From Phoronis australis (lineage: Eukaryota > Animalia > Phoronida): 64,000 nucleotides of DNA. The notes under the pieces are model-generated. The model had not been told where the DNA came from and searched no databases. It saw nothing but the letters and a program-made list of their open reading frames with translations. Position 1 is the stretch's first letter, and each line of letters begins with the position of its first letter. A program made the translations under genes and the position numbers. Where the stretch lies: positions 179,225-243,224 of the forward strand of contig NMRA01000039.1 of assembly GCA_002633005.1 (NCBI GenBank), in the 5' to 3' direction. Below are positions 50,001-62,987 of the stretch, piece by piece.

Positions 50001-53000
50001 TAAATGAGGAGCAACAACAACGAAAAACTCCTGACAGAAAATTAATTCCCAGGAAATCTGACCATCAGCAGAGACCAACAATTGGAAAGGACAAACAACC
50101 ACAAAGACATCGGGACGAAAAGAGGACGAAAAGCCCAGTTCAATCTAAATCAAAATCGCCAAGATCGTCTGCTAGATCATCTCCTACAGGAAGACCACAA
50201 AAATCTATCCTGAAAGGAAAGAAAAGCCAGAATGCTGCTAAACAGGCAAGGCGAACAGCACTTTTACAAAATGCTTTGAGACAGACGTCAGCAACATTAA
50301 CTACAAAAATAACAAAAATGCTTCCAAAGAAGGCGTCGGGTGAAAGTCAATCCAAGACAGAGGCACAGCAGAAGTCAGAGGTCACTTTTTCTAAGAACCA
50401 AGAAATGGTTTCAGAAAAGCGGCCTAAGCTTTTATCACCACCATCAAGGCTTCCAAAATTTCTTCAATGGGGTAGGCCAAAACAGCAAAGCCCAGAAACC
50501 GGTAAAGAGCAATCTCAAACCAGAGTAGACAGAAAGGGTGATGAAAATTTTATCACAGGTATTGGCACTTCCAACACCAGACAACTTTCGTGGACTGGCA
50601 AAGAAATCGATGCAAGTGATTTGTCAGTCATTGAGCATGATCAATATCAGACACCCATTTCAAAGTATCTTTACAGAAATCAGATACCTGTAGCAGCTAC
50701 TGAAGATCCATCAGATACGACAACAGAAAGTTCTTCTGAAACAAACTCTAGAGTTCGAAGTGACAAGAAAGGAGCATCAGAAGCTGAACTCCTTAAGGTT
50801 GCCACGGAATTGCTTTATGTGTTAGAAAATCCAGAAGATGCGCTACAGAGAAGTCAAACAACGTCGGCCAAAAGTAGCTCAAAGAAATTAACAAACAGCA
50901 GATTCAGTTCATCATCTGGCAATCACAGAAGGGACACCCCTACAGAAATGATTCAAGACCTTAGTGGCGACATTCAAGATATCAATGCAAGCCATTATGA
51001 TTCATCGCATAAAACTGGACGAGCTTCTCAGGAAACTGGCAGGATTAGTGCCAACTCGTATTTCGCAAAAAAAGTTTCAGGTAAATCCAGAGCTGGGCAA
51101 TCAGGCCAAAGTACAACAAATAAAGATTCTACAAAGTCGCTCCAAGGTAAGAGAACCAAGTCAAAAGATCCCAACAAACTTGACAGTTACTTCAGTAACA
51201 GCTTGGGGAAAAGTACGAGCAACAGCGCCATATCCCTGCATAATCATTCAGCCAAGCGCAGCAAGTACTCGGTAGATGAGAAGTTCCAAGCATGGCTGAC
51301 AAAGACATTTATAAGCATGGACACATCACTAGCAACCAACAAGCGGTATATCATATACCTTGCGTCTACGGTGTGTTACACACTAGGTGAGAAAAAGTTA
51401 ATGTGGTAGGTATTTTCAGCTTGGACAACAGCTCTGACTATAATCGCAATGAATACAATAGAACACCTGTTAAGTCAGCCATTATAGTCGAACTGGTGGA
51501 CTTTGACCATTCAGAACCACACCACTATACTTGACTAAGTTCACAAGCTTGAAATTCCCAAAACTGTGCTGAATTCATACTTTATTTTGTTTCTCATCAT
51601 AAGAATTGGTAAAAGTGCAGCGTCAATTTGATGCTCAATATTTAACAATTCTCTGTAATTACATTTTATTGATCATGAGAATGTCGTTGGTGAAGAGTTA
51701 CAAAAAAATCTGATGACATGCGACGGGGTCATTATGCAGACAACTAAAATGCATTTCAATAATTATTTATATTGTTATCCACCATGACCTAAATTCCTCA
51801 TGATATTAAATTATCATGATTAAACAAACAAGATTTGTCATGTATGCACCTCACTTGGGATTACACCCGTTACAAACAACACAATTTGACAAATTGTCAC
51901 AAACTGCCAAGTGGTTTGTTTTTCACGAATCAGTTTTCTATCACTACTGTCAATGCCTTTGCTTAGTAATATGCAAAAATACAGAGTTTGAAAATGACAA
52001 AGAATGAATTTGATCCTACTCATATTTTATCAAAAAAAATGAAAAAATTCCATTAACGTCTGCCATATTGCATCTTGAACTTGTGTTATTTTACCATTGC
52101 AGTGAACACTTTCCATTTTAAAAAGGGAATTTCCACTCATTCCCTTTTTGTGCCTGAAAAGTTGCAGATTTTTTCTGCACCTCGATTTCCATCATTTTGG
52201 GTTTACTGAAAATCAATACTTTTCATTACAATTCAGCCCTCCGTTGTACCATGCGCAGAAATTTCTGCACTGGAACTCTGCGCAGAAATTTCTGCACTGG
52301 AAGAGGCACTGGAATCTTGTGCAGAAATTTCTGTGCTGGAATACTGCGCAGAAAATTCTGCACTGGAGGAGGCATTGGAATAAAATATAGCACAAATTTT
52401 TGTGCTGAATTATTTCTGCGCCTTATACAACAGAGGGCCGAAATCCAATGAAAAATATCAATTTTTAAGCCAGAAGATGGGAATACCGGCGAAGATAAAT
52501 CTGCAAATTTTCAGGCACAAAAGGGGGATTTGAAGGGAATGAGCGGAAATTCCTTTTATAAAATGGAAAGTGTTAAAAGTGATGAATACAATTTCTTCTT
52601 ATTATAGGCTATTTTGTACCTCTGTTTTTCACGCCACTGCTGTCAGTACAGATGGGCAATGAAACACATACAGGAGCGCTTATTATTTCAATATTAGGTA
52701 TGGACTGTTTCTAGTATATACACATGAGCCCAATGGAAATTCGAAAGATCCAGTCAATGTGCACAGGATTGAGCAAGTTTTCAAAGCAACTGACAATTTT
52801 TTTCGAAATCCGTCTAGCTTTGTCAAAGTTACAACACAAACAAAGACCATATAAAAATAACATTTCTACTTATATCATTTGACAGTCTCTCAGGAATTTT
52901 ATCAATAAAATTACATCTGAATATTTATTGAAATTCATCCTGGTACGGGAATTGGGGATAGTTAGGCCTATAAAAGATCTTTAACCCAGCCGCAGGGCGT

Positions 53001-56000
53001 CTAAAGTCACGCACCGTACCAGTGACTGCTGGCAACTCATCGGAGACTCAACTTTAACATCCTTCGCCGCAGAGATAACAACTCTTGGGCTGTCTCCGGT
53101 GAGTCCATTCTTTGTTGAATGATGTTTAGGTAAATGAGAACAAAAACTGTCAGTTTCGTTTTCTAGAAACTACGTTACGTATAGATGCAATAACGGCTTA
53201 TTATAATAACCAGTGTGGAAGTTCTATATGTTCTCTGGACTTACAGACCATGATAGAATTGATGGTCATGTTTAGAGGGCTCAGGTCAATACAACAGCAT
53301 AGGGTAGTTGACATAGCTAAATATCTCTAACACAACACAGGCTGAGAACAGATCAGTCCCAGATCAATTGGGTCACTAGTCATGCCTCACAGTAGGGGCA
53401 GGAATTTGTCATGAAAGCTACAGACCAGAAGTTCAGAATTGATGCTAATATCTAGCACCAGTAATCAAACATCTCTGTTAAGACATCATGTATAACAAAC
53501 AGCTTTAGGCAATGTTATGCTGTAGACACTGCTTCAGACAACAGTGCTGTCTCAGCTGCTTTAATGGACTCTTACTCCTGGTATAGTCACCGATAGTCTA
53601 AAGAGCAAGAATAGCGTTATCACCAAAAGACAATTAATACATTGCATACAAATGCCGCATCATGTTGGAAAAAAAGTACTGTTCTCCTTTCCAGCAGTTA
53701 TTGTCTGGTATGTACTTGCTGGTACATGGTCCATACAATATCCATTACCACATGGGCAGGGCAAGAACATTACTAGAAAAGTCATATACGGAGTAATGCA
53801 AAAAAGTTGATGTATTGAGATTGACTATCATGGATTGCACATTGCACTTTTTGCTTATAACGTGAAAAACTTGGGTGTTGAACAAGTAGCTCATTACACA
53901 TGGTGCTCCTTCACAAGAGACTCCCAGTGTTCTACCTCATGCAGTGCTATTTATTCTCACCCAGCTGGACTGTGACTCTCAGAGGTCTAGTTTTCTGTGT
54001 TTATAGAAAACTGTTGGAATTCACATAATCTTTCACCGAATTACGAGATTTCAACAGACTTTCCTAATATTCCTAATATCAGTTGGAAATGTCACAATTC
54101 TAATATTTTGGGGTTTTTAACACTACAATACGTGTAATTCATCACATTTGATATATTCTGGCCTCAATCTATCAATGACTGGTTGACAACAGAAATGTTC
54201 AAGTTCGTTCCTTCTGAAAGTGGCGCTATTCATTTTATGGCATTAAGAAACAATAATCAAGGTGTGCAACAAATTATCTTTGATAGTATCAGTAAAATGA
54301 AGATACAGCATAATTCAGGGGCCATTTTTATAATATTGATCACTTTTGAATAATAAAATGGCATTCAATAATCAGTAAAACGGAAATGCAGCATAACTCA
54401 GGGGAAAATAAAAGGCAATTCCCAGGTCATTTCATAATACTGATCACTTAAATAGCATTCAATAACTTACAAAATGATTTAATGCTCTTAGAAAATGGAA
54501 AACCTATAACTCGTAATGGTAAACCTAATGTTTCATTTTATTTCTACCTGGAGATAAGACGATGTCAGTCTTAAAATATGGCCTTTGTAATCACTTTTGA
54601 TGATCTCTGTTCAATGTTCTTAAGAGCACTGGGTATACAAGGAGCTTGAGCAAGTCTCCATTAAAAGCAATAAATGAAAAAACAGCACAACAAATTCCAT
54701 GTACATGTACAAGTGGTGCAGCTGTCAAACTATACCATATGATACATGCACCATGAAACTTTTTGTGATTTCCTTCTGATTTGTTCCCATTTTTAAACTG
54801 CAGTGAGCACAGGAACAGTGTATGCCGTCTTCTGAAGTAGAACAACCTGGTGTTTGTTAGCGCCACCTGGTGGTTGGGGTATCTTGCTCCAGGAAGTTGT
54901 TTGTCAAACACAAGGACACAACCCCAAGTCATCAATAGTTATAACTTGTGCCAACCGATACGTGATGAAATGTTTTGTAGATGCCTCTTGTAGCAACAAC
55001 AATCTCATTAAATGTAATACCTGTAGGACTTGTTTAGTGTAACCAAAATTTTCTTGATGGTTGACTCGAACATTCACCAATCAAAGTAGTATGTGAAATA
55101 TGAATTGTTGCTCACAACATTTGATGCTATTGGTCAATTTTAGTGCAACAGCTCAAGTAAATAGGGTGGTCTCGACTGTTCAGCTTTTATAGGAGGGATT
55201 CAGTATCAATTTTAAATGCAGTGCAACTTAGCTTTCTTCAACCAAAAAGTTTACACCATTCTCATGCATTCCAGCTGCCACAGGACTAGCTGGACAGTTT
55301 GTATTAGAGAGGCTCCTGGTGGGAATCAACACTTTATTCATCAACACACTCAGCTTGCTTTTAGCCGGAACCATACTGTGTCTCACTGCACTTGTGCAAT
55401 CTGGTGGTTTGATGGCATTGTGCGGACTATACGGATTCTTTGCTGGTGAGTAGAGCCAGCAAATGGCGTAAGAACAGAAACTGTCACTCTCATTTGTATT
55501 GATACATCCATGAAACAATAACAGTACCAGCTCGGAAATTTTCATTCAACATTGATGTTCCAAGAAACAAAAGAGGTAGTCAGTTTTACTCAGTTCCCTT
55601 GCCCGACATATTCTGTTTCATTTGTTCTTGTGGCCCGGCACTCTAACACATCCAATACATGAATTTCTCATTTACACTCTCATTTCTATTCCAGTTAAGG
55701 TACACTGTGAGGTCCAGATAACCCAGCAATGTGCTAAGCTGGTGGACTTAATTTCAGTCAGCGAAATTTGATTAAAAATGAATTTCCATGCACGAACACA
55801 TTGAGTGTTGCGAGCAAGGTCATAAAATGTATTAAACAGCCCTGCATTTCAAAGTATAAAACTGCTTTTTGAAAAACTACACATTTTCAAGAATTAATGA
55901 TTCCACAAAATAATATGTAGTTACATAAAAAAGTAACCGAAATATGTGTGCGAATCATAAAAATGGGGAATCATGAAAATGGGTTCACTATAACTAGGTT

Positions 56001-58521
56001 TACTTATGTTAAAACTAAATTGACTTCAGCTGTTTGACTGATTAGGAAAGTAGTCTGCACTCAATTATCTTCACCTGAATAATCTTGTTACATAAGCAAC
56101 ATCAAAGACATGGAAATGAGCTGTTTGGACTGGCTTTAGCTTTATAATAGTCCCCTTCACACAACAAAAATTGACATGAATCAGCTGACAGGGAACCAGA
56201 TGACTGGGTGCAAGAATGCGTGTAAACAGAACTGCCATGGAGAAAATTGTCATGGTGGTGACAACTTTTATAACCCATTTAAGAGGAAGAGCAAGTTGCA
56301 CCTGATCATCTTGCTCCCTGTCAACTATTGTCAAAACGCGAAACTGGGGATAGGCAGAAGAGATTATCTTTATTGTGCTTGCGCAAAAAGCGCACAGTCA
56401 TGTCAGGTGATCATTTGTGTGCAGTTTCTAAGATTTGCCACTCAGCTAAGTGATTAGTGCCTTGTCCTTTAACTTTAATCCTGACCACCATTTCCTTTTG
56501 GGGAAATTTTCAGAATATTGCACACAGCAACAATCAAGACTCGGTTCAATTCAATGCTTTGTTGTGTACAGTAGGCCTTTTGATGAAAGCCTTAATCAGT
56601 TGATCAAAAAAATCATTGAAGCAACACCCGATGACACAAATTAGGTGCACCATAACAACAACAGCAACAACAACAATAACAACAGTCTGTGACTCCTGCA
56701 ATTTGCATCTTTGCGCACAAGTTCTCTATGTTCCTGTCTAAAAATTCCAGCTTGCCACTGAGTTGTGTGTGTGTAAACGAACGCTTGACACAGATCGTCT
56801 TGCGCCATGTTAGTTTCGCCGAGTCAATTTACCGAATGTCTAAACGGGACCAATGAGTCGATCCTGGCTGGTATTCGGCGTAAATGACAATTTTACATCA
56901 CATAATCCAACTTTACATTATACGACACAGTGGCTGAGACTGTACATTCGGCTAACTTTTTGGAACACAGTAATTTTGCAACAGAAGGAAGATCGGTATC
57001 AAACAAAACTTTCAGCTACTATAACTTAATATGCCCTGCTTTCCAAAAACCTGCCAGGTAATTATTTCACTTTTCATTAGGAGCCTTCCCAAATTCAGAT
57101 GCTAATCACTGTTAAAACAAAAACAAAAGTTGTATCAACAAAAAAACAGATGATTTAAAACAGTGGCAGAATTTAATCTTAAATATTTACATGGAAAAAC
57201 GTTTCTATTGTTTTATTCTATAGTTTAAGACTTGGCACACAGTATGCAGGAAATCATCCTAGAAATCCTGCTATAAGCAAATTGTTGATGAACTTGCTCA
57301 CAACTTTAAACTCATTTCATTATAAGCTAACTCGTGCCAGAAATAAGGTTCACAAATTGAAGGGTTATTTGTAATGGGTTAACTGGTTTTACAATTCATT
57401 TCAGCTCACTTCATAGGTTTGAGGAGTATGATACTAATAGAATTGACGGTCATGAGGCAGCTAGAAACAGCCAATGCGCTGTTGGAGATTCTCCAGGGGA
57501 TAGCTACCTTTGTAGGCATCATGGTGGCAGGTAAGCCAAACCCAGGAGAAACCCTGGTGTGCTTTTGCACACTTTCCTTGGAGCCGTAATCATGGCAATA
57601 CGTATATTAAAGTGGCATGGAATGCGAAAGCTCATTAAATATATCTTTTAAGCAATTTCTATTGAAAGTACCGTCTCACTACATCTAATACAGAGTAATT
57701 CATTTTCTCCTGAGAGAAAATTTCGAGAAAAGAACACGAAATTCATGATTTTTGAAATACTCGTAAAGGAAAAACTAAGTGGTTACCACAGCTTTTCTAT
57801 TCACTTATAATAAATACGTGCATGCGCTGACAGTAAGTTGTTTGAAGTTACTTGAAGTCAAAGGTCACTTTTTCCACATAAGAGAAATGTGCTACCCCCA
57901 TGTCTAGCCATACCAAATAAGGAGACGTGCCTTGTCTCGTGGGAGAAAAAAATGATGAAGTGGCGAGCAGTTGAAAGATCGTTTTTGTTTTGAAATTTGA
58001 AACTAAAAGAAAAAGTCTTGATATCAACAGAAATTAAAAATCTTTACAAACAAACCCAAAAATACCTGGTGAGCAGGTTGAATTCTGTTTCAATTGCAGA
58101 GAACCACTTTCGATATTGCAATTTAGTCTTTTGCGTTACAGGCCTCTTTAAAACATATCCAAATCTGTCAATCATATTCATTACACATCACTTTTAATAG
58201 CCTGGGAGATAAGATGCACTGCTCAAAGCTTATACGCAATGTTGGGCACACAGAGTCGAAATTTTTGATAGAAAAATCTATGGCACATAAATGTCTCAAT
58301 ATTTCAACCAGTCCACCAGACACCCTCAGAACTTACATTCCCTTCAACAATAAAACCTCAAAATTTGTTATACATTTTCAGGGGCTCTTTGTGACATTTT
58401 ACATACAGTTCGATCTGCATTTGTGATGGCTGGAGTGACGCTGATCCTAAGTGGATTTATAAGCGCAACTCTGGTGAGGCCAAATCTGTTCAAAGAATCT
58501 AGACATGCAAGAAACATCTAG
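44055..58521 (+). CDS. Divergent SLC16/monocarboxylate-transporter-family MFS protein with a giant central loop (~1810 aa, 8 coding exons)
   Basis: Exons 44055-44460, 45415-45558, 46132-46329, 47229-51386, 52608-52697, 55275-55445, 57405-57530 and 58382-58521; all introns phase 1; total 5433 nt = 1811 codons. MCT-like segments: DQGFAWLVLAAS, GLLAGMGVALVYAPS..EYFKEH, GYFVPLFF, GLYGFFA, QGIATFVG..VAGALCD. Confidence 0.88.
46807..47053. mobile_element. PIF/Harbinger-like MITE (copy 3)
   Basis: ggggcccctttcaagaa ... ttttttgggatgggcct; internal similarity to 24247-24480. Confidence 0.7.
52107..52572. mobile_element. Foldback MITE with ~150-bp imperfect TIRs and internal tandem repeats (piggyBac-like ends)
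   Basis: tgaa|cactttccatttta...tgtgcctgaaaa.ttgcagattt versus aaatctgcaaattttcaggcaca...taaaatggaaagtg|ttaa. The centre has about four tgcgcagaaatttctgcactgga units (52252-52370). Confidence 0.75.
55868..56050 (+). repeat. Dispersed repeat also present at about 61721-61860
   Basis: Shared blocks in the same order: acacattttcaag, aaaaagtaaccgaaat, taactagg, tgacttcagct. Confidence 0.55.
57611..58147. mobile_element. Kolobok-like non-autonomous element
   Basis: ttaa|agtggcatggaatgcgaaag ... cttttgcgttacaggcctct|ttaa: imperfect 20-bp TIR starting AG with a TTAA duplication. Confidence 0.65.
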
Positions 58522-59398
58522 CAAGAGATGCCACATTTAGAATTATCTCTATATTGTATGTGAACGACAAATAAATTGTGTAATATGTTTGAAAGATATA
58601 TCCATTGAAATTGTAATTGTATCGTGCAGCTTTCGGATTCCTATGGGCATGCACAGTGGGTGTGAGATCTACTCTCCGAAACTTGAATTCTACCTCAAAA
58701 TTTGCTTTTTTGACTGTTGTCTATTAGTACTAACCCACCCAAAGTGTCTATGATTCAGCAATTTAGAAAATAAGCCTCCTTAGAAACTTTTCTGTTCATC
58801 CGTATCCATTCTAAGTCGAGCTGTTCCGACAGGGAATTCTGGGTCATTTTGTCTGAATACTTTAATTTGCCTTGTACTGAAGCACCCCGGAAGAAATACG
58901 GTTCGTAAGCATGTCATCTTGATCGATAGTTCATAATGTTATAGCCCCCACTGTTTTACATTAAGTAGTCGCTAATCCAGCAATACCTCCAATAGCTGAC
59001 TGGTTGAAATACATCATATTTTTATTTTGGAAAAATATCAAAATTAAGACTCTTGCAATATTATTTAATTTACCCTAGCCAACAAACACACCAGTTGATA
59101 CACACGGGCAAGTCAGAAAAGAATAAATGTAACATCATGTCTGAAAGGGGTAATAAAATATATCAGGTAGTAAGAATTAATGACATTTGGTCCAACAATG
59201 AATGACATCACTGTTAGGTAAAGGCCATGAATAGATCACAAAAAATAATTATAGATTTTGACCAGCTAATCTGCTGAAAACCCAGCCAACGTTGCCAGTT
59301 AAACCTTAAGTCTTCTAAAGTACAAGGAAATTTAACGTGTTCTATATGTTAAGACAACAAAAACATAGGCAGAACATTGGGGATACAAGCTATGTTAG

Positions 59399-60035
59399 AT
59401 GGGGAGCGCCACATCAGATACGTCAGAACTAAGAGCAGATACCCAGACCCAGGTTGACAATAATACGGGAACTGCCAACATCGAGATATCAGCAACTAAT
59501 AACACAGAGGATGGGGAACAGTTGTCAACAAAAACGGAGAGTGAAGACCAAATTAGCAATCAAGACACTCTCGCAGTTAAATCGAAACCAGCCAAACATG
59601 TGGAGACGGGTGCCTTGGTGCGCTCATATACCTCAGTGGAAGCGCAGCTAATCGCAACACTCGAGGACCAGCCAACATCCATTGTAGCCCTCACCCCGAG
59701 GCCAAGTTTGAAATATTCCGACGAGACTGCCATACGCTCTTTGCAAACCCAGGGACAAGCTACAATGCAGCAGCCATCAACAAGTGCTTTCACTTCACAA
59801 AAGCACACTTTCGAAGAACAGACCATGGAATTGGAACTTATTCAGCTGCAGATGAAACATCAAGAGCGACACAAGTATTCCATTATCCTTGCCTCATTCA
59901 TGATTCACTTCGTAATGACCGGCTTCCTACAATCATTTGGCGTGTGGTTTGTTGCCTACATAGCCTATTTCCACGACAGAAAATGGAAAACATCCATGAT
60001 TGGGTCAGTGACATCTGGAATGAACTTATTTGTAG
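59399..60035 (+). CDS. SLC16-family gene 2, candidate alternative first coding exon A (N-tail, TM1, TM2)
   Basis: 212 codons plus a phase-1 donor (gtaag). Ends IILASFMIHFVMTGFLQSFGVWFVAYIAYFHDRKWKTSMIGSVTSGMNLFVG, the MCT TM1-TM2 pattern. Confidence 0.75.
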
Positions 60036-60420
60036 GTAAGGAATACTTATTCACAAAATTAAATCAATGGTCCTGAAAAAGCATCTCTCCTAGACACAAT
60101 CATATTATAAATCCCGATCAGCATGGGTTTACTGAATCTACTGATTACTGCCTCAAAAATTCATTCCCTTATTGACCAACTCATCTAACTAGTTTGGATA
60201 GTGCCACCAAATACTGCAGGTAACAAAAAACAGGCAACGATAAATATATTTTTGTTCTACAATACTTGAAACCAAACTAATTTTAGGTTGGTACTTAAGT
60301 TTCCCAGAGTAGTCACGACACATTTTTACATCATCGCAACTTACCGATGACATCACAAAGTAATCGAGTTTCCAGGGATGGTTACATAAGTATGCTGTAA
60401 CTAAAACTGAAAATACAAAA

Positions 60421-62987
60421 ATGGCATCTGTCAGAAAGTTTGCATCAGAGAGCTTTCTAGATGACAAAGACATCCTCAAAGTACCAGATATCCAGAGTAA
60501 TATACCCTTTGACATAACTATGATGCCCGACAAGGCTTTTTCTGAACCTGATCTTTTGATGATCCCGCACAGTACTTCAAAATTAGGAAAGACTATTTCA
60601 ACTGGAGACTTAAAGAATCAACCGAAAACACTGGCAGTCCCTGTAGCACCTAAAATATCCATAGTTGATGCATCGGGAAATGCTGCAATGGCTACACAAG
60701 AATCAGAAGATGTATATCGAAAAGACAGTGGGTTTGCCTGGGTCATTCTTTTAGCATCATTTTTCATCAGTTTTATGGTGGACGGCTACATCTATAGTTA
60801 TGGCATCATCCAAACGGGAATAGAATCGGAATTTGAAACAACCAAGGCTGCTACTGGTTTAATAGGCTCTGTACAAACTGGGCTTTATTTCTGTTCAGGT
60901 AAGTGCTGGGACAATAGGCAGTTGATATATATGATTTATTGCTCATGTAACAAAGATATTTTAAAGTTGCTATGCAGCTATTCCAATCTTCTCATGTTAT
61001 TGCAGGTTCCAGTCAGTAATGGACTTAAAAAAACCACTGGAATGGACATGAGTTTCATTTTTTTTTTCTAATAAGTAAAAACATTTTACTGCATTTTGCC
61101 AGATTGCTGATCCGATCTCACTGGGTTAGTCAAAAAAATTCAGTCCTGCTAAATTGATTACCATGGTGTGTGGCATTTATAGGCACCAGTCAGTCCGTCA
61201 CGTTAAAACTGACCACTCTCATGCTTGGAGAAACAAAGGTATCTGGTCATAAATTTGATAAACATTAGGCAACTTTTGCTAAGCTGCTTAATCACTTTTT
61301 TAGCTACGCTTTGACATAGTCATACTCTTGAAAGTTTTGCATGGGCACACATCACACACAGTATGTCTCTCCTTAGACTTATGTTACGATGACTGTACAG
61401 CTTAGAAGCAGCATTGACTAGACTGCTGGCAGGTTTCTGAACTTAGCAAAAAGTGTGATAAATCACCATCTGATTGCATAACCGCACCCAAGGTGAAATC
61501 CCACTTTACAATGGATTTGTAATTTACACTGATGTTTACATCTGCTAATACACCCCAGTCACTAATATGGGCAATGCTAAGCCAGATGTATCTAGAATTA
61601 ACTTTGGTCCACAATAACCATTCAACCTGTGTTTCTAGACAAGAGTCGAGTTGATCAAATACTGCCAAAAGGATCATAACATGTAATTTACAACTTTATC
61701 TCTCAAAAGTATAACACTACTTTTTGAAAACAACACATTTTCAAGCATAAATGATTAGTATGTATGATATAAAAAGTAACCGAAATCGGTGTTCGAAGGA
61801 TAACTAGGCTTGCACATCAAAAATAAAGTGACTTCAGCTACTCGACTAGAAAGGAAAATGGATTTAATATTCAGTAATATCTTCATCTGACTAGACTTGT
61901 GCTGTTCGCAACAAAAACAATATAGAAGTAAAATGTCTGGACTCACTGGATGAGTCCATCCAAGCAGGTAATCAACGTAAATGACAAATTTATGTCATAT
62001 AGCGCCATGACACTCTGGGTTAGGAGACAAAAAAGCAACTCGATTCATAACTTGGAAAAAATCTATTAAGTCCATCGCTGCCCCTAACTGCGAACAGTCG
62101 AGCTTGAAACCGAAAACAACAGGAGCAATAATGCGTGTTTCCCACAAAGGTTGTGATTCTATTTAAACCCAGTCATGTCACAAATATGACTTAATAACGA
62201 TTTTGAAATCATGGTAAGACCACAACAACTCAATTTTTCTATTGCAGGGCCCATTGCTAGTGCACTGTGCTCAAAATTTGGTTACCGAATAGTGTGCATC
62301 TCTGGGAGTGTTGCAGTAACTACTTCTTTGCTTCTAAGTACACTCGCACCGAGTGTTGATGTTCTCATAGTGACCTGCGGGGTCATGGCAGGTAAGAGAA
62401 GCCGGGGCAATACCAATCTGAAGGTTAGGTCAGATTTTCAATGAGAAGGAACTTCTTCAGCATTTTGAGAAGAGCTCTTCAGTTTTCAAAAAAGTTACAT
62501 ATTGTCAAAAACTACAAATTTCAAAGTAAAATGTTTTGGTTAACTGATATTTCTCAAATAACGTTTTTGATATTTTCATCTGTTTCCCTTCTGGGTTTGG
62601 CGATAACTTCCATAAAGCAAGAATTTTGTTCAATGTTAAGCTATATAATTGTAGTTACATAGAATTGCCAAGCATAACAAACTCTAACTAAAATAACTAA
62701 GAGACTCTAATTAAATGGGTTTATAAAACAGAAGCGTATTGGGTTAAAATAAATTCATTGTATTAACATGCTCCATTATTTTACAGGCACAGGCCTGGGC
62801 ATGATGTACCTACCATCGATAGTGATCATTGGTGATTACTTTGAAAAACGACGAGCATTAGCAACTGGTCTAGCAATGTGTGGCTCAGGAATAGGATCTT
62901 TTGTGTTTGCACCACTGTCCAGTCATTTAATAAGTACTTATGGGTGGAAGGATGGCATGAAAGTGATAGCATGTATTCTCCTCGCTG
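60421..62987 (+). CDS. SLC16/MCT-family transporter gene 2: first exon B plus shared exons; continues beyond the window
   Basis: Exons 60421-60898, 62248-62391 and 62787-62987, phase 1. Peptides DSGFAWVILLASF..DGYIYSYGI, GPIASALCSKFGYR and GTGLGMMYLPSIVIIGDYFEKRRALATGLAMCGSGIG are canonical SLC16 motifs. Confidence 0.92.

Noticed and set aside
56650-56815. Minus-strand ATGGCG start at ~56813 as a possible SNX4 first exon, next to a (CAA)n tract
   Set aside because: The translation shows no SNX4 similarity and the intervening PX exons are absent.
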